64,000 nt of DNA from Nitrospirae bacterium UBA2233 (GTDB lineage Bacteria; UBA2233): positions 1,797 to 65,796 of the forward strand of contig DDYN01000039.1 of the NCBI GenBank assembly GCA_002347965.1. Direction: 5' to 3'. The notes under the pieces are model-generated. The model was not told the origin of the DNA, ran no database searches, and saw nothing but the letters and a program-made list of their open reading frames with translations. The translations under genes were made by a program, and so were the position numbers. Every line of letters starts with the position of its first letter. Position 1 is the stretch's first letter. Shown here piece by piece: positions 50,427 through 59,284 of the stretch.

Positions 50427-51601
50427 AGCCTATCCATCCCCTTTTGAATCTCCTCTTCGCCAGTCGCGTAGGAGAACCTAAGGAACCCTGGCATACCAAA
50501 CGCCTCGCCGGGGACGGCGGCTAGCTTGGCCTCTTCCAAAAGCGCCTCGGCAAGCACCGCGGAAGTCTCAAGGCTTACGCCCTTAGGAGTCTTTCTTCCG
50601 AGCAAGAACCGCATGTCCGGGAAAAGGTAGAATGCCCCGGCCGGCTTAAAGCAGCGAACACCCTCGATCCGCTTCATCCCGGCAAGCATCAAGTCGCGTC
50701 TATCGTGGAATTTGCGGACCATGGGCGAAACGACGTCCTCCTTGAGCGTCAGCGCCTTCAAGGCGGCCTTCTGGGCGATCGAGGTTGGGTTTGATGTCGA
50801 TTGGTCTTGAATCATGTTCATCGCCTTGATCACCTTGGGGTCGCCCATGATGTAGCCTATGCGGAACCCTGTCATTGCAAACGTTTTCGAGACGCCGTCC
50901 ACGACAAACGTGCGCTCGTATAGCTCTAGTCCCAGCGAAGCGATGCTTTCTTGCCGAAACCCGTCGTAGACGATCTCTGCGTAAATTTCGTCGGAAACGA
51001 CAAGGAGGTTTTTCTCGACCACCACCCCCGCGATCGCTTCGAGCTGACGCCTGGATAGTGCGACGCCCGAAGGGTTCGACGGGGAGTTGAGCACGATTGC
51101 CCTCGTTTTTGGGCTGCACGCTTCTTTGAGGGCCTCCGGATCGGGCACAAACCCGCTGGCGATGTCGGTCGGTACGATGACAGGAACGCCGCCGGCAATC
51201 GCAACCTGGTCTTTGTACGTAACCCAGTATGGTGCCGGGATCAAGACCTCGTCGCCCTCTTCGAGTAGCGCCTGAAACAGGTTATAGAGGGCGTGCTTGG
51301 CGCCGCAACACACCAGGGCCTGACTTGGGCTGTATTTAAGCCCTCTTTTCTCCATGATCCAGTTGCAAACGGCCTCCTTGAGTTCTGGAATTCCGCCAGT
51401 GGCCGTATACTTCGTGAAGCCTTCCCGAAGCGCCTGAATGCATGCCTCCTTAATGGGCTCTGGCGTGTCGAAATCCGGCTCGCCCGCGGCAAACCCGACT
51501 ATATCCTCTCCCTTGGCCTTGAGCGCCTTGACCTTGGCAGTCAAGGCGAGCGTAGGGGATGGGGCGATCTTCGACAAGCGCTTGCTAAGAGAAATCTCCA
51601 T
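50396..51601 (-). CDS. aspC: Aspartate/aromatic aminotransferase (class I PLP)
   Basis: About 401 aa from MEISLSKRL; PLP Lys in [13 protein letters not shown]; N(S)PSNPSG motif. Convergent 30-nt overlap with the preceding gene. Confidence 0.85.
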   Translation of the reverse strand: MEISLSKRLSKIAPSPTLALTAKVKALKAKGEDIVGFAAGEPDFDTPEPIKEACIQALREGFTKYTATGGIPELKEAVCNWIMEKRGLKYSPSQALVCCGAKHALYNLFQALLEEGDEVLIPAPYWVTYKDQVAIAGGVPVIVPTDIASGFVPDPEALKEACSPKTRAIVLNSPSNPSGVALSRRQLEAIAGVVVEKNLLVVSDEIYAEIVYDGFRQESIASLGLELYERTFVVDGVSKTFAMTGFRIGYIMGDPKVIKAMNMIQDQSTSNPTSIAQKAALKALTLKEDVVSPMVRKFHDRRDLMLAGMKRIEGVRCFKPAGAFYLFPDMRFLLGRKTPKGVSLETSAVLAEALLEEAKLAAVPGEAFGMPGFLRFSYATGEEEIQKGMDRLYEFCSSLRM

Positions 51602-51615
51602 GGCATACCTCCTTG

Positions 51616-52122
51616 TTACGATGTTTTCTGACGCTCCTTGCGAAACCTCTCTTTCAGCTTCTCTAGCACATAAGGAGGGACAAGCTCTTCGACGCACCCG
51701 CCAAAACGCGCAATCTCTTTGACGCGGGTAGAAGAAATGTAAAGGTTCGCTTCTCCGGTGAACATGAATACGTACTCGAGCGAGGGGTTCAGCTTTCGGT
51801 TCATCATGGCCATTTCGAGCTCGTGTTCAAAATCAGAAATGACCCGTAAACCTCGAATGATCACCTTCACGCCATACCTTTGGGCATAATCGACAAGAAG
51901 GCCGTTGAACGAGTCCGTTTCGACGTTATTCAAGCAGGCATCTTTGATGCTTCGACCTATATGATCGAGCCTTTCTGCCACGCTAAACAGGTAGCGCTTT
52001 TCAGGGTTGCATGCTACGGATACTATCACCTTCTCGAAGATTTTTGCCGCTCGAACGAGCAAGTCAAGATGCCCGTTTGTGAACGGGTCGAAAGAGCCTG
52101 GGTACAGGGCCACCCTACTCAT
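51616..52122 (-). CDS. coaD: Phosphopantetheine adenylyltransferase
   Basis: YPGSFDPFTNGH motif. Start taken at MSRVALYPG, overlapping the rsmD stop by 8 nt. Confidence 0.85.
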   Translation of the reverse strand: MSRVALYPGSFDPFTNGHLDLLVRAAKIFEKVIVSVACNPEKRYLFSVAERLDHIGRSIKDACLNNVETDSFNGLLVDYAQRYGVKVIIRGLRVISDFEHELEMAMMNRKLNPSLEYVFMFTGEANLYISSTRVKEIARFGGCVEELVPPYVLEKLKERFRKERQKTS

Positions 52123-52762
52123 GGCCGGCGCAGACATCGCTTCCCTCCCGCTGTTCGAGGAATAAGAGCCTCGATTCTCCATAGCTTTTATCTTTGGCCA
52201 ACCAAACTTGGTCTTGAAAGGCATCAACGAGCTTCTTCGGCCAATCCTCTTTTTTATGGAAGCGTACAATCAACAGCCTCCAAAGTCCAGGGGCCTCCAG
52301 AAGAGCCTCCATGATCCTAGGCCCCGCCTCCGAGAAAAAAGGAGGGTCCAGGAAAACAATATCTACGCCCCTTAGCCTGCCTAAACACTGGATGCCCTTT
52401 TGGGCATCCATGGGCCATACCTCCGCAAAGCCCGTAAGCCCCAGGCTCTCTAGGTTCTTCGTGATGAGATCGGCCATTTTCTTGGATTTTTCCAAGAAGA
52501 CCACGAAAACCGCCCCCCTGCTTAACGCCTCGAGGCCAAACGTGCCCGTCCCTGCGCAAACATCGGCCACCTTAGCACCTTCGACCCTAGCCCCTAAGAT
52601 CGAGAACACAGCCTCCCTGATAACGGCCATAAGGGGCCTGGCCTCATCTCCTTTAGGGCCGGAGAACCGCCGTGTTCGAAGCCGCCCACCTTGGATTCGC
52701 ACGGTTTTCCCCTCGATAGCGGTTTTATCCTGGATACGTTCGACAACTACCAAAAAAATCAT
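52115..52762 (-). CDS. rsmD: 16S rRNA (guanine966-N2)-methyltransferase RsmD
   Basis: SAM motif DVCAGTGTFGLEA; DPPF; conserved rsmD-coaD pairing. Confidence 0.8.
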   Translation of the reverse strand: MIFLVVVERIQDKTAIEGKTVRIQGGRLRTRRFSGPKGDEARPLMAVIREAVFSILGARVEGAKVADVCAGTGTFGLEALSRGAVFVVFLEKSKKMADLITKNLESLGLTGFAEVWPMDAQKGIQCLGRLRGVDIVFLDPPFFSEAGPRIMEALLEAPGLWRLLIVRFHKKEDWPKKLVDAFQDQVWLAKDKSYGESRLLFLEQREGSDVCAGHE

Positions 52763-52919
52763 AGCATACAACGGCTTGCCCTCGACAAACGCCTATTTAG
52801 CGGGGTTTTTTATGCTTGAACCTTGACGTGCCCCGATTAGCTGTACCATACTGCCTCGAAATACCTTTTCTCGTTTTCTTCGGCTTCAGGGTGGATACAG
52901 CAAGAAAGGGGGGAATACC

Positions 52920-54293
52920 TTGCGGAATGTTTTGTCTAAAAAGACGGGCTGTTTTTTCTTCACGCTCTTCATCGCCTTTGGCGTCCTTTCCGGGCGGGTG
53001 GATGCCGCATCCGTCACTCAAGACCTTCTCGACAACCTCGTAGAAAAGGGGATCCTGACCGAGCAGGAGCACCAAGAGTTCTCCCTGCGAGCAAAGAAGG
53101 AGGAAGAGCGCCAATCTAACTCGCTCCAGGCAGGCTGGGACACGCGTCCCTACATCCGAACCAAGGACGAAGCCTTCGAGATCAAGTTTGGAAGCCGGAT
53201 CCAAGAAGACTTCAGGATTTACGAAAAGAACGACAGAGACAAAGATTCCGGCTTTCAGCTAAGGAGGGCCTACCTAGAGTTTGAAGGCAAACTACTTAAA
53301 GACTGGCTGTTCAATTTTGTTGCAGACTTTGGCAGCAACGACTCTCGCGTGCTTTACGCCCACATGGATTACGTGGCCTTTCCTTGGCTTAGCGTCCGCA
53401 TCGGCCAAGACAAAGAGCCGTTCGGGATGGAAGAGCTCACTTCCGACAAATGGCTAGACTTGATCGAGCGATCCATGATCACGCGCGCAACGACGCCGGA
53501 GTACAACTACGGGATCATGCTATACGGAAAAGTGCTAGATGAACTGCTTGGCTACAAAGTCGGCTACTACAACAGCTCGAATGCAGGAGTCTCCGGCTCT
53601 GTGGGCGGCCAGGACGTGGCGGGCAGGCTAGAAGTCTCGCCCTTAAAGCGGCTCGAAACTCCAATAAAGAACCTGAAGGTCGGGTTTAACTTCACGGCGG
53701 GCGATCAGGATTTCCACAAAATGAAGTCTGTCCGCGATCCTTCGCTTAGGGATATAATGCCCCGGATCGAGGGCAATGGGTCCCGCTACCGATTTGGCGG
53801 CGATGTCATCTGGACAAAAGGGCCAGGGTCTCTCAAGGGCGAGTACATACAAACAAAAACAGAAAGACCCAACAATCTCTCCGACATCGGCGTCAGCGGG
53901 TTTTACGTCGGGGGTACCTACATCTTGACTGGAGAGAAAAAACAGCACAGCAAGGGCGTAAAACCCAAGAAGAACTTTGACCCCAGAAACGGCGGCTGGG
54001 GGGCCTTTGAGCTGGCCGCGCGCTACGGGCAATTGTATGTAGACGACGTAGGCGGAAAGGGTCTGGCAATCGCACCGGGAGAGGGGTTCGACATGGCCGA
54101 CAATATCGTCGGGAACCAGGTAGATGCGATCGAAGTAGGGGTTAACTGGTATTTAAACCCCTTCATGAAGTTCTCCATGGCCTACAGCCATGCAATGTAC
54201 GACAAAACGGGCCCAGGGCTTTCCCCGCATGTCGGCGGGTCTTTCGAGAACAATTACGACTTCGTCCTGGGTAGATTCCAGCTGGCCTTCTAA
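52920..54293 (+). CDS. oprP: Phosphate-selective porin OprO/OprP family (TTG start, signal peptide, C-terminal Phe)
   Basis: 457 aa; signal peptide KKTGCFFFTLFIAFGVLSGRVDA/AS; Porin_O_P-like alternating strands; ends ...GRFQLAF; SD AAAGGGGGG. Confidence 0.6.
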   Translation: MRNVLSKKTGCFFFTLFIAFGVLSGRVDAASVTQDLLDNLVEKGILTEQEHQEFSLRAKKEEERQSNSLQAGWDTRPYIRTKDEAFEIKFGSRIQEDFRIYEKNDRDKDSGFQLRRAYLEFEGKLLKDWLFNFVADFGSNDSRVLYAHMDYVAFPWLSVRIGQDKEPFGMEELTSDKWLDLIERSMITRATTPEYNYGIMLYGKVLDELLGYKVGYYNSSNAGVSGSVGGQDVAGRLEVSPLKRLETPIKNLKVGFNFTAGDQDFHKMKSVRDPSLRDIMPRIEGNGSRYRFGGDVIWTKGPGSLKGEYIQTKTERPNNLSDIGVSGFYVGGTYILTGEKKQHSKGVKPKKNFDPRNGGWGAFELAARYGQLYVDDVGGKGLAIAPGEGFDMADNIVGNQVDAIEVGVNWYLNPFMKFSMAYSHAMYDKTGPGLSPHVGGSFENNYDFVLGRFQLAF

Positions 54294-54304
54294 GCTGCCT
54301 CTAA

Positions 54305-54351
54305 GGGGCAAAAGGGCGTACGAGAGCGACGACCCGCACTCCCTTTTGCCC
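54305..54351 (+). terminator. Terminator-like hairpin after oprP (11-bp GC-rich stem GGGGCAAAAGGG/CCCTTTTGCCC, 24-nt loop, no U-tract)
   Basis: Inverted repeat 12 nt after the oprP stop. Confidence 0.35.
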
Positions 54352-54422
54352 ATCCTAACCCTACCCCGAAACGGCCTTCACGCCTTTATTCGCCAGCTTA
54401 AAAAGGCTATAAAATGTTTTTC

Positions 54423-54451
54423 TTGATTCCGATTCAATACTTTGCTAGGAT
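54423..54451 (+). promoter_or_regulatory. Candidate sigma70 promoter TTGATT-17-TAGGAT with an AT-rich UP-like region
   Basis: Seen in the sequence. Confidence 0.3.
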
Positions 54452-54485
54452 GCACCATAAGGCTTTCTAAAAACCCACGGAAAAG

Positions 54486-54516
54486 CCATTTTTCCTGAAA
54501 AATGGTTGTTTTTTTA
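54486..54516 (+). terminator. Intrinsic-terminator-like element: 8-bp stem CCATTTTT/AAAAATGG, 4-nt loop, then TTGTTTTTTTA
   Basis: Perfect inverted repeat followed by a U-run, about 30-60 nt downstream of the candidate promoter. Consistent with a roughly 60-nt sRNA or an attenuator. Confidence 0.4.
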
Positions 54517-54518
54517 TG

Positions 54519-54548
54519 TTGAAACTGAATTGAGCTTCAGAGTATTAT
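54519..54548 (+). promoter_or_regulatory. Candidate promoter TTGAAA-18-TATTAT
   Basis: Near-consensus hexamers; would place a TSS about 54555-54557. Confidence 0.35.
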
Positions 54549-54556
54549 GAGTTTCT

Positions 54557-54664
54557 ATGGGCATCGCACGGATGGTTCGCGGTAGTACATTAAAGAGCTT
54601 TTTCATCACTAACCCGCCCCCTTGTTGGCAAGGGGGGCAAAAGAAACGGAAGGAGGAGGCATGA
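54557..54664 (+). other. Candidate 35-aa leader ORF (MGIARMVRGSTLKSFFITNPPPCWQGGQKKRKEEA) ending ATGA-overlapped with the downstream start
   Basis: Hand translation. It contains a Pro-Pro-Pro triplet encoded inside the GC hairpin; its TGA overlaps the ATG of the HMGCS-like gene. No SD of its own; would be leaderless if the TSS is near 54556. Confidence 0.25.
54616..54638 (+). promoter_or_regulatory. GC-rich hairpin GCCCCCTTG-tTGG-CAAGGGGGGC immediately 5' of the SD GGAAGGAGGAGG
   Basis: Seen in the sequence; 8 nt upstream of the SD. Confidence 0.5.
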
Positions 54665-56115
54665 TCGGAATCGTTTCTTATGGGGGGTATGTTCCCAGGC
54701 TTCGCCTGCCCCGGATGACCATGTTCCAAAGTATGGCCTGGTTTGCCCCGGCCACCATCGCCGTGGCCCAGGGCGAGAGGTCGGTCTGCAACTGGGATGA
54801 AGACGCCCTGAGCATGGGCGTCGAGGCGGCCAGGGACTGCCTTAAGGGTGCGGACAAGGCAGGGGTTGATGCCCTGCTTCTGGCCTCGACCACGTTGCCC
54901 TACGCGGACCGACAAAACGCCGGCATCGCCTCTACGGCGCTCAACTTAAAAAATGAAGTCCTCACTGCCGATTTTACGGGCTCATTAAAGGCCGGAACTA
55001 CGGCGATGATTTCGGCCTTCGAGAGCCTTCAAGCCGGAAACAAAAACAGCATCCTCGTGGTCGCTTCAGACAAGCGGGAGGCCAAGGCAGGCTATTTCTA
55101 CGAGATGTGGTTTGGGGACGGGGCCGCGTCCTTGCTTTTGGGCAAGGAGGGCGTGATCGCCGAGCTCAAGGGGTTCCATTCCGTCAGCTACGATTTCCCC
55201 GACCATTACCGGGATGCCGCCAAGAAGTACGACTACATTTGGGAAGAACGCTGGATTCGGGACGAGGGGTATGTCAAGATCCTGCCGGAAGCCATCAACG
55301 GGCTTCTTTCGAAGTACAGCCTATCCATCGGCGATTTCTCAAAAGTCGTTTACCCGTGCTTCTTTAGCCGGGAGCACGCCGCGATCGCCAAAAAAATCGG
55401 AGCCAGCCCCCAGATGGTTCAGGACAACATGCACGAAGCCTGCGGCGAGATGGGTACGGCCCACCCCTTGGCGATGTTTATTCATGCCCTTGAGGACGCC
55501 AAGCCCGGAGACAAGCTCCTTTTGGCCAGCTTCGGCCAGGGCTCGGACGCTTTTTGGTTCGAGGTAACAGAGAACATCGCAAAATTGCCAGCAAGGAACG
55601 GCATCAAAGGCCACCTGGCCAAACGCAAGGAAATGGAAAGCTACACCAAGTTCTGCCAGTTCCGCGATCGTCTCGGCGCCGATACCGGCATTCGGGCCGA
55701 AGTCAGCGCCCAATCCCCATTGAGCGTCCTTTGGCGAAAAAGAAAGGCGATACTTGGGTTGGTCGGGGGAAGGTGCAAGGTCTGCGGCACCCCCCAGTTT
55801 CCAAAAACGGACGTGTGCGTCAAGCCGGAATGCCATGCGGTGTACGAGCAAGAAGACTACGAATTCTCGGAAAGAAAAGCCAAAATCATCTCGTTTACCG
55901 GGGATCTGCTGGCTGTCTCTATCGACCCTCCTGCAATTTACGGGATGGTACAGTTTGACGGGGGAGGAAGGACGCTCCTTGACTTTACAGACTGCGAGCT
56001 GGAGAAGCTAGAGGTTGGTCAAACGGTAGAGATGTCCTTCCGTAAGCGGTGGTACGACAAAGAGCGGGGCTTCCACGGGTACTTCTGGAAAGCCGTTCCA
56101 CAAGAAAAAGCCTAA
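54661..56115 (+). CDS. HMG-CoA-synthase-like (archaeal HMGCS/KAS-III fold) fused to a C-terminal DUF35 zinc-ribbon/OB-fold scaffold domain
   Basis: 484 aa; N-terminus MIGIVSYGGYVPRLRLPR is typical of archaeal-type HMGCS; C-terminus has CKVCGTPQF...CVKPEC ribbon plus OB-fold (DUF35). ATG at 54661 has a perfect SD. Confidence 0.8.
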   Translation: MIGIVSYGGYVPRLRLPRMTMFQSMAWFAPATIAVAQGERSVCNWDEDALSMGVEAARDCLKGADKAGVDALLLASTTLPYADRQNAGIASTALNLKNEVLTADFTGSLKAGTTAMISAFESLQAGNKNSILVVASDKREAKAGYFYEMWFGDGAASLLLGKEGVIAELKGFHSVSYDFPDHYRDAAKKYDYIWEERWIRDEGYVKILPEAINGLLSKYSLSIGDFSKVVYPCFFSREHAAIAKKIGASPQMVQDNMHEACGEMGTAHPLAMFIHALEDAKPGDKLLLASFGQGSDAFWFEVTENIAKLPARNGIKGHLAKRKEMESYTKFCQFRDRLGADTGIRAEVSAQSPLSVLWRKRKAILGLVGGRCKVCGTPQFPKTDVCVKPECHAVYEQEDYEFSERKAKIISFTGDLLAVSIDPPAIYGMVQFDGGGRTLLDFTDCELEKLEVGQTVEMSFRKRWYDKERGFHGYFWKAVPQEKA

Positions 56116-56129
56116 GGGGAGGCAAAAGA

Positions 56130-57332
56130 ATGGCAACTGGAATCAAGGATAAGGTAGCTATCATCGGAATGGGTTGCACAAAGTTCGGCGAGCGCTGGGA
56201 TGTCGGGGCAGAAGAGCTCATCGTCGAGGCGTTCCAGGAATGCATAGAGGATGCCGGTATCGACCGTAACGAGATTCAAGCGGCCTGGCAAGGCACATGC
56301 ATTGATGAGGTGAACGTCGGGAAAAGCGCGTTGGCCTTGGCCTTAACCTTGCACTTGCCCTACATTCCGGTTACCCGAACGGAGAATTTTTGCGCCACCG
56401 GAACCGAGGCGTTCCGTGGAGCCGTCTATGCGGTAGCCTCCGGGGCCTACGACATCTGCCTGGCCCTAGGGGTCGAGAAGCTCAAAGACACGGGCTATGG
56501 CGGCCTTCCTAGCATCGGGGGGGGTTCTTTGGCCTTTTTTACGATGCCCAACATGACCGCCCCAGGAGGGTTCGCCATGCTGGCCCAGGGCTATGCCGCC
56601 AAGCACGGCCTGAGCATGGACGAGGTGAAGAAGGCCATGGCCCATATTTCGGCAAAGAGCCACTATAACGGCTCGTTAAGTCCCAAGGCCCACTTGCAAA
56701 GGCCGGTTTCGGAGGATCAAATCTTGAATTCCCCGATGATCGCCTACCCACTGGGCTTGTATGACTGTTGTGGCGTAAGCGACGGGGCCGCGGCGGCTAT
56801 CGTGACGACGCCGGAAATCGCGAGAAGCCTGGGCAAGAAAGATTATGTCACGGTCAAGGCCCTGCAAATTGCCATCAGCAGCGGCGAGGAGCTCCAGTAC
56901 GACAACTGGGACTTCGATCATTTTGTAACCACCTCCAAGGCTAGCTCGCTAGCTTACAAAGAGGCCGGGGTGAACAACCCCAGAGAAGAAATCAGCATGA
57001 TGGAGGTCCATGACTGCTTTTCGATCACGGAGCTCGTGACCTACGAGGATTTGCACATCTCCGAGCGGGGAAAGGCGCCAAAGGATGTCATGGAGGGCTT
57101 CTACGACATAAACGGGAAGATTCCCTGCCAGCCCGACGGAGGCTTGAAATGCTTCGGCCATCCCATCGGTGCCTCCGGAATTCGGATGCTATATGAAATG
57201 TACCTCCAGCTGCTCGGCAGGGCGGGGAAAAGGCAGGTCCAAAACCCTAAGCTTGGCCTTACGCATAACCTGGGCGGGTTTCCGTTCATGAACATCAACA
57301 GCGTTGCCATTATCGGCCGGCATGACGTTTGA
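56130..57332 (+). CDS. SCP-x/archaeal-type thiolase (acetyl-CoA C-acyltransferase-like)
   Basis: MATGIKDKVAIIGMGCTKFGERW N-terminus; Cys in NFCATGTEA; C-terminal GHPIGASG and C-terminal Cys/His region. RBS AAGGGGAGG. Confidence 0.8.
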   Translation: MATGIKDKVAIIGMGCTKFGERWDVGAEELIVEAFQECIEDAGIDRNEIQAAWQGTCIDEVNVGKSALALALTLHLPYIPVTRTENFCATGTEAFRGAVYAVASGAYDICLALGVEKLKDTGYGGLPSIGGGSLAFFTMPNMTAPGGFAMLAQGYAAKHGLSMDEVKKAMAHISAKSHYNGSLSPKAHLQRPVSEDQILNSPMIAYPLGLYDCCGVSDGAAAAIVTTPEIARSLGKKDYVTVKALQIAISSGEELQYDNWDFDHFVTTSKASSLAYKEAGVNNPREEISMMEVHDCFSITELVTYEDLHISERGKAPKDVMEGFYDINGKIPCQPDGGLKCFGHPIGASGIRMLYEMYLQLLGRAGKRQVQNPKLGLTHNLGGFPFMNINSVAIIGRHDV

Positions 57333-57337
57333 AGTCG

Positions 57338-57383
57338 GGAGGGGTTTAAGCAGGCTGGTCTCTCAACCTTAGACAACCCCTCT
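57338..57383. terminator. Hairpin (about 9-bp stem GGGAGGGGTT/AACCCCTCT, 28-nt loop) in the convergent thiolase/nfi gap
   Basis: Inverted repeat seen in the sequence; possible bidirectional terminator. Confidence 0.3.
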
Positions 57384-57459
57384 AGCCACAGGCCTTCCTT
57401 GGAACCGGGCTCATGGGTCAAGAAGGCTGATAAGCCGAGGGCTTTTAGTGAGCATCCTA

Positions 57460-58188
57460 TTAGGCGGGGCTTGGCTCCAAGCGTTCAACGGAGTCAGGCC
57501 CCGCCGCTCCTTGAAGCTCCTTCTTGAGCCGATCGGCAAGCCGATCTGCCAAGTGAAGTGGAACGGGCAGTTTCGTCTTTCGGATGCACTGAAGCGCTAC
57601 AGAAACGGCTGTTTCTGCGTCTATCCTGTGGCCTGGAGATACATAAAGCGGCTTGACGTTCGTTTTGGCCCTTACGACAAACCCGATTATAGAACCATCG
57701 TCCGGGTGGATTAGGCCAGAAACGCTCCCCGCTTCCAAGGAGGGCGCTTGAAACAGCCCAAAGAGCGGCTTTTTGGCGATCCCGATCGTTGCTAAACCAG
57801 CGACTACTCCAAGGTGGCTCGCGATCCCGAGACCTCGAGGATGGGCGACTCCCTGGCCGGAGACGAACAAGACATCGGGAACGATTTTGAGCTTCGTCAG
57901 CGTCCCGAGCATCGAATGGAGCTCCCGGAAGCTTAAGTATCCAGGAATGTAGGGGAACGTTACGGGTTTCGCGTGAAAGGCTTCCTCGAGGAGTTCAAGC
58001 CCCGGGAAAGACAGAACGACTGCGCAGGCGATTGCTGTCGGACAGCCTTTAATGGTTGCATAGGCGCAGTCAACACCCCCTACCGTCCTTAGGTTTTTGG
58101 CAAAGACGGAGGTACGCAAAGAAACCCATTCGCGAAGTGCTTTTTGGAGAGCTTTCGCCTCGACCAGAGAAAGGCAGGCCATGGCCAA
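57460..58188 (-). CDS. nfi: Endonuclease V
   Basis: 242 aa; collinear with E. coli Nfi (GVDCAY, PYIPGYLSFRE, GQGVAHPRGLG, GIAKK). Confidence 0.85.
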   Translation of the reverse strand: MAMACLSLVEAKALQKALREWVSLRTSVFAKNLRTVGGVDCAYATIKGCPTAIACAVVLSFPGLELLEEAFHAKPVTFPYIPGYLSFRELHSMLGTLTKLKIVPDVLFVSGQGVAHPRGLGIASHLGVVAGLATIGIAKKPLFGLFQAPSLEAGSVSGLIHPDDGSIIGFVVRAKTNVKPLYVSPGHRIDAETAVSVALQCIRKTKLPVPLHLADRLADRLKKELQGAAGPDSVERLEPSPA

Positions 58189-58194
58189 CGCCGC

Positions 58195-58962
58195 TCACTC
58201 CGGCTCCGTCTTTTTTCCGAACACCTTGGCCACGACAATTGAGGCTTCGTACAGGAAAAGGAGCGGGACTGCCATGAGTGACTGCGAAAAAACATCCGGT
58301 GGGGTGAGAATGGCCGCCACAATAAAGATGATCACGACAGCATAACGGCGAAAAGAAGCAAGTTGCTTGCCCGTGACAATGCCTACCTTGGAGAAGAAGA
58401 ACGCAAACACGGGCAGCTCGAACACGACGCCAAAGGCGAACAGCATCTTTATGCTGAAGCCAAGAAATTCCTTGACCGAGATCATCGGCTGGATATACTC
58501 GTTCGAGAAGGCCAGGAAGTACTTGAACCCGAAGGGGAAAACGACGAAGTAGGCGAACGTGACCCCGACGGCAAAAAAGGCGCTCGCCGCGAGCACGAAC
58601 GGGATGGCATAGCGCCTTTCTTCCCGATAAAGGCCCGGCTCGATAAACTTCCAGATTTCGTAAAACACGACAGGGGAGGCTAAGATCAACCCCCCGATAA
58701 GGCCGACCTTAAGGTATACGAGGAATGCTTCTGGCAGCCCTGTATACACTAGCTTTAGGCCTTTTGGCATCACCTTAAGCAAAGGAAGTAAGAGAACGCG
58801 AAAGATTTGCTCCGAGAAGGTGTACGCGACCCCAAACCCCACACCCACGGCTATAAGGCTATGGATAAGCCGCGTACGGAGCTCTTTGAGATGCTCCATA
58901 AACGGCATGACCTTCAAGTCTTGCGCCATGCCGGAAGCCTTGGCTTTGAGCTGCTCCATCAA
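58195..58962 (-). CDS. tatC: Sec-independent translocase TatC
   Basis: 255 aa; 6-TM TatC motifs. Confidence 0.9.
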   Translation of the reverse strand: MMEQLKAKASGMAQDLKVMPFMEHLKELRTRLIHSLIAVGVGFGVAYTFSEQIFRVLLLPLLKVMPKGLKLVYTGLPEAFLVYLKVGLIGGLILASPVVFYEIWKFIEPGLYREERRYAIPFVLAASAFFAVGVTFAYFVVFPFGFKYFLAFSNEYIQPMISVKEFLGFSIKMLFAFGVVFELPVFAFFFSKVGIVTGKQLASFRRYAVVIIFIVAAILTPPDVFSQSLMAVPLLFLYEASIVVAKVFGKKTEPE

Positions 58963-59195
58963 GAAACCATAGGGGGCTGAGTTGGCGGTGTTCTGCGAGA
59001 GGGAGCTTGCGGCGGGTCTTCATCCTTGAGCAGGTCGTCAAACTTAAGCTCGTCTTGGATATCCCGAGTCGCCCGCTTGACTTCACCCATTGCCTTGCCA
59101 AGAGATTTGGCGATTTCGGGCAGCTTCTGAGGCCCGATGATAACGAGTGCAACGATGAGGATAACAATGAGTTCTCCCGTCCCAATCCCAAACAT
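58959..59195 (-). CDS. tatA: Sec-independent translocase TatA/E family
   Basis: MFGIGTGELIVILIVALVIIGPQKLPE; ATG with SD AAGGAAGGG. The tracked ORF begins at an upstream GTG. Confidence 0.85.
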   Translation of the reverse strand: MFGIGTGELIVILIVALVIIGPQKLPEIAKSLGKAMGEVKRATRDIQDELKFDDLLKDEDPPQAPSRRTPPTQPPMVS

Positions 59196-59284
59196 GACGC
59201 ATCCCTTCCTTGTATAGAAGCGCACGAAGGCGCTTTTTTCTATCCTAGTACAGGTTCAAGGGCATGTCCATGCAAAAGTACGGC

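Noticed and set aside
52772-52919. Possible Pho box upstream of oprP (CTGTACCatacTGCCTCG)
   Set aside because: Only the first half resembles CTGTCAT; the second repeat is poor. Not enough to call PhoB binding.
54153-54915. Small tracked ORFs in and around the oprP/HMGCS-like leader (54153..54353 minus, 54190..54426 plus, 54514..54915 minus)
   Set aside because: They overlap the oprP 3' end or the HMGCS-like 5' end, lack an RBS and have no coherent composition; the region is better explained by RNA structure.
59226-59284. Palindromic hairpin AAGCGC/GCGCTT with flanking A/T runs between archease and tatA
   Set aside because: Short 6-bp stem, and its orientation does not give a U-tract for the minus-strand transcript; at best a weak bidirectional terminator.
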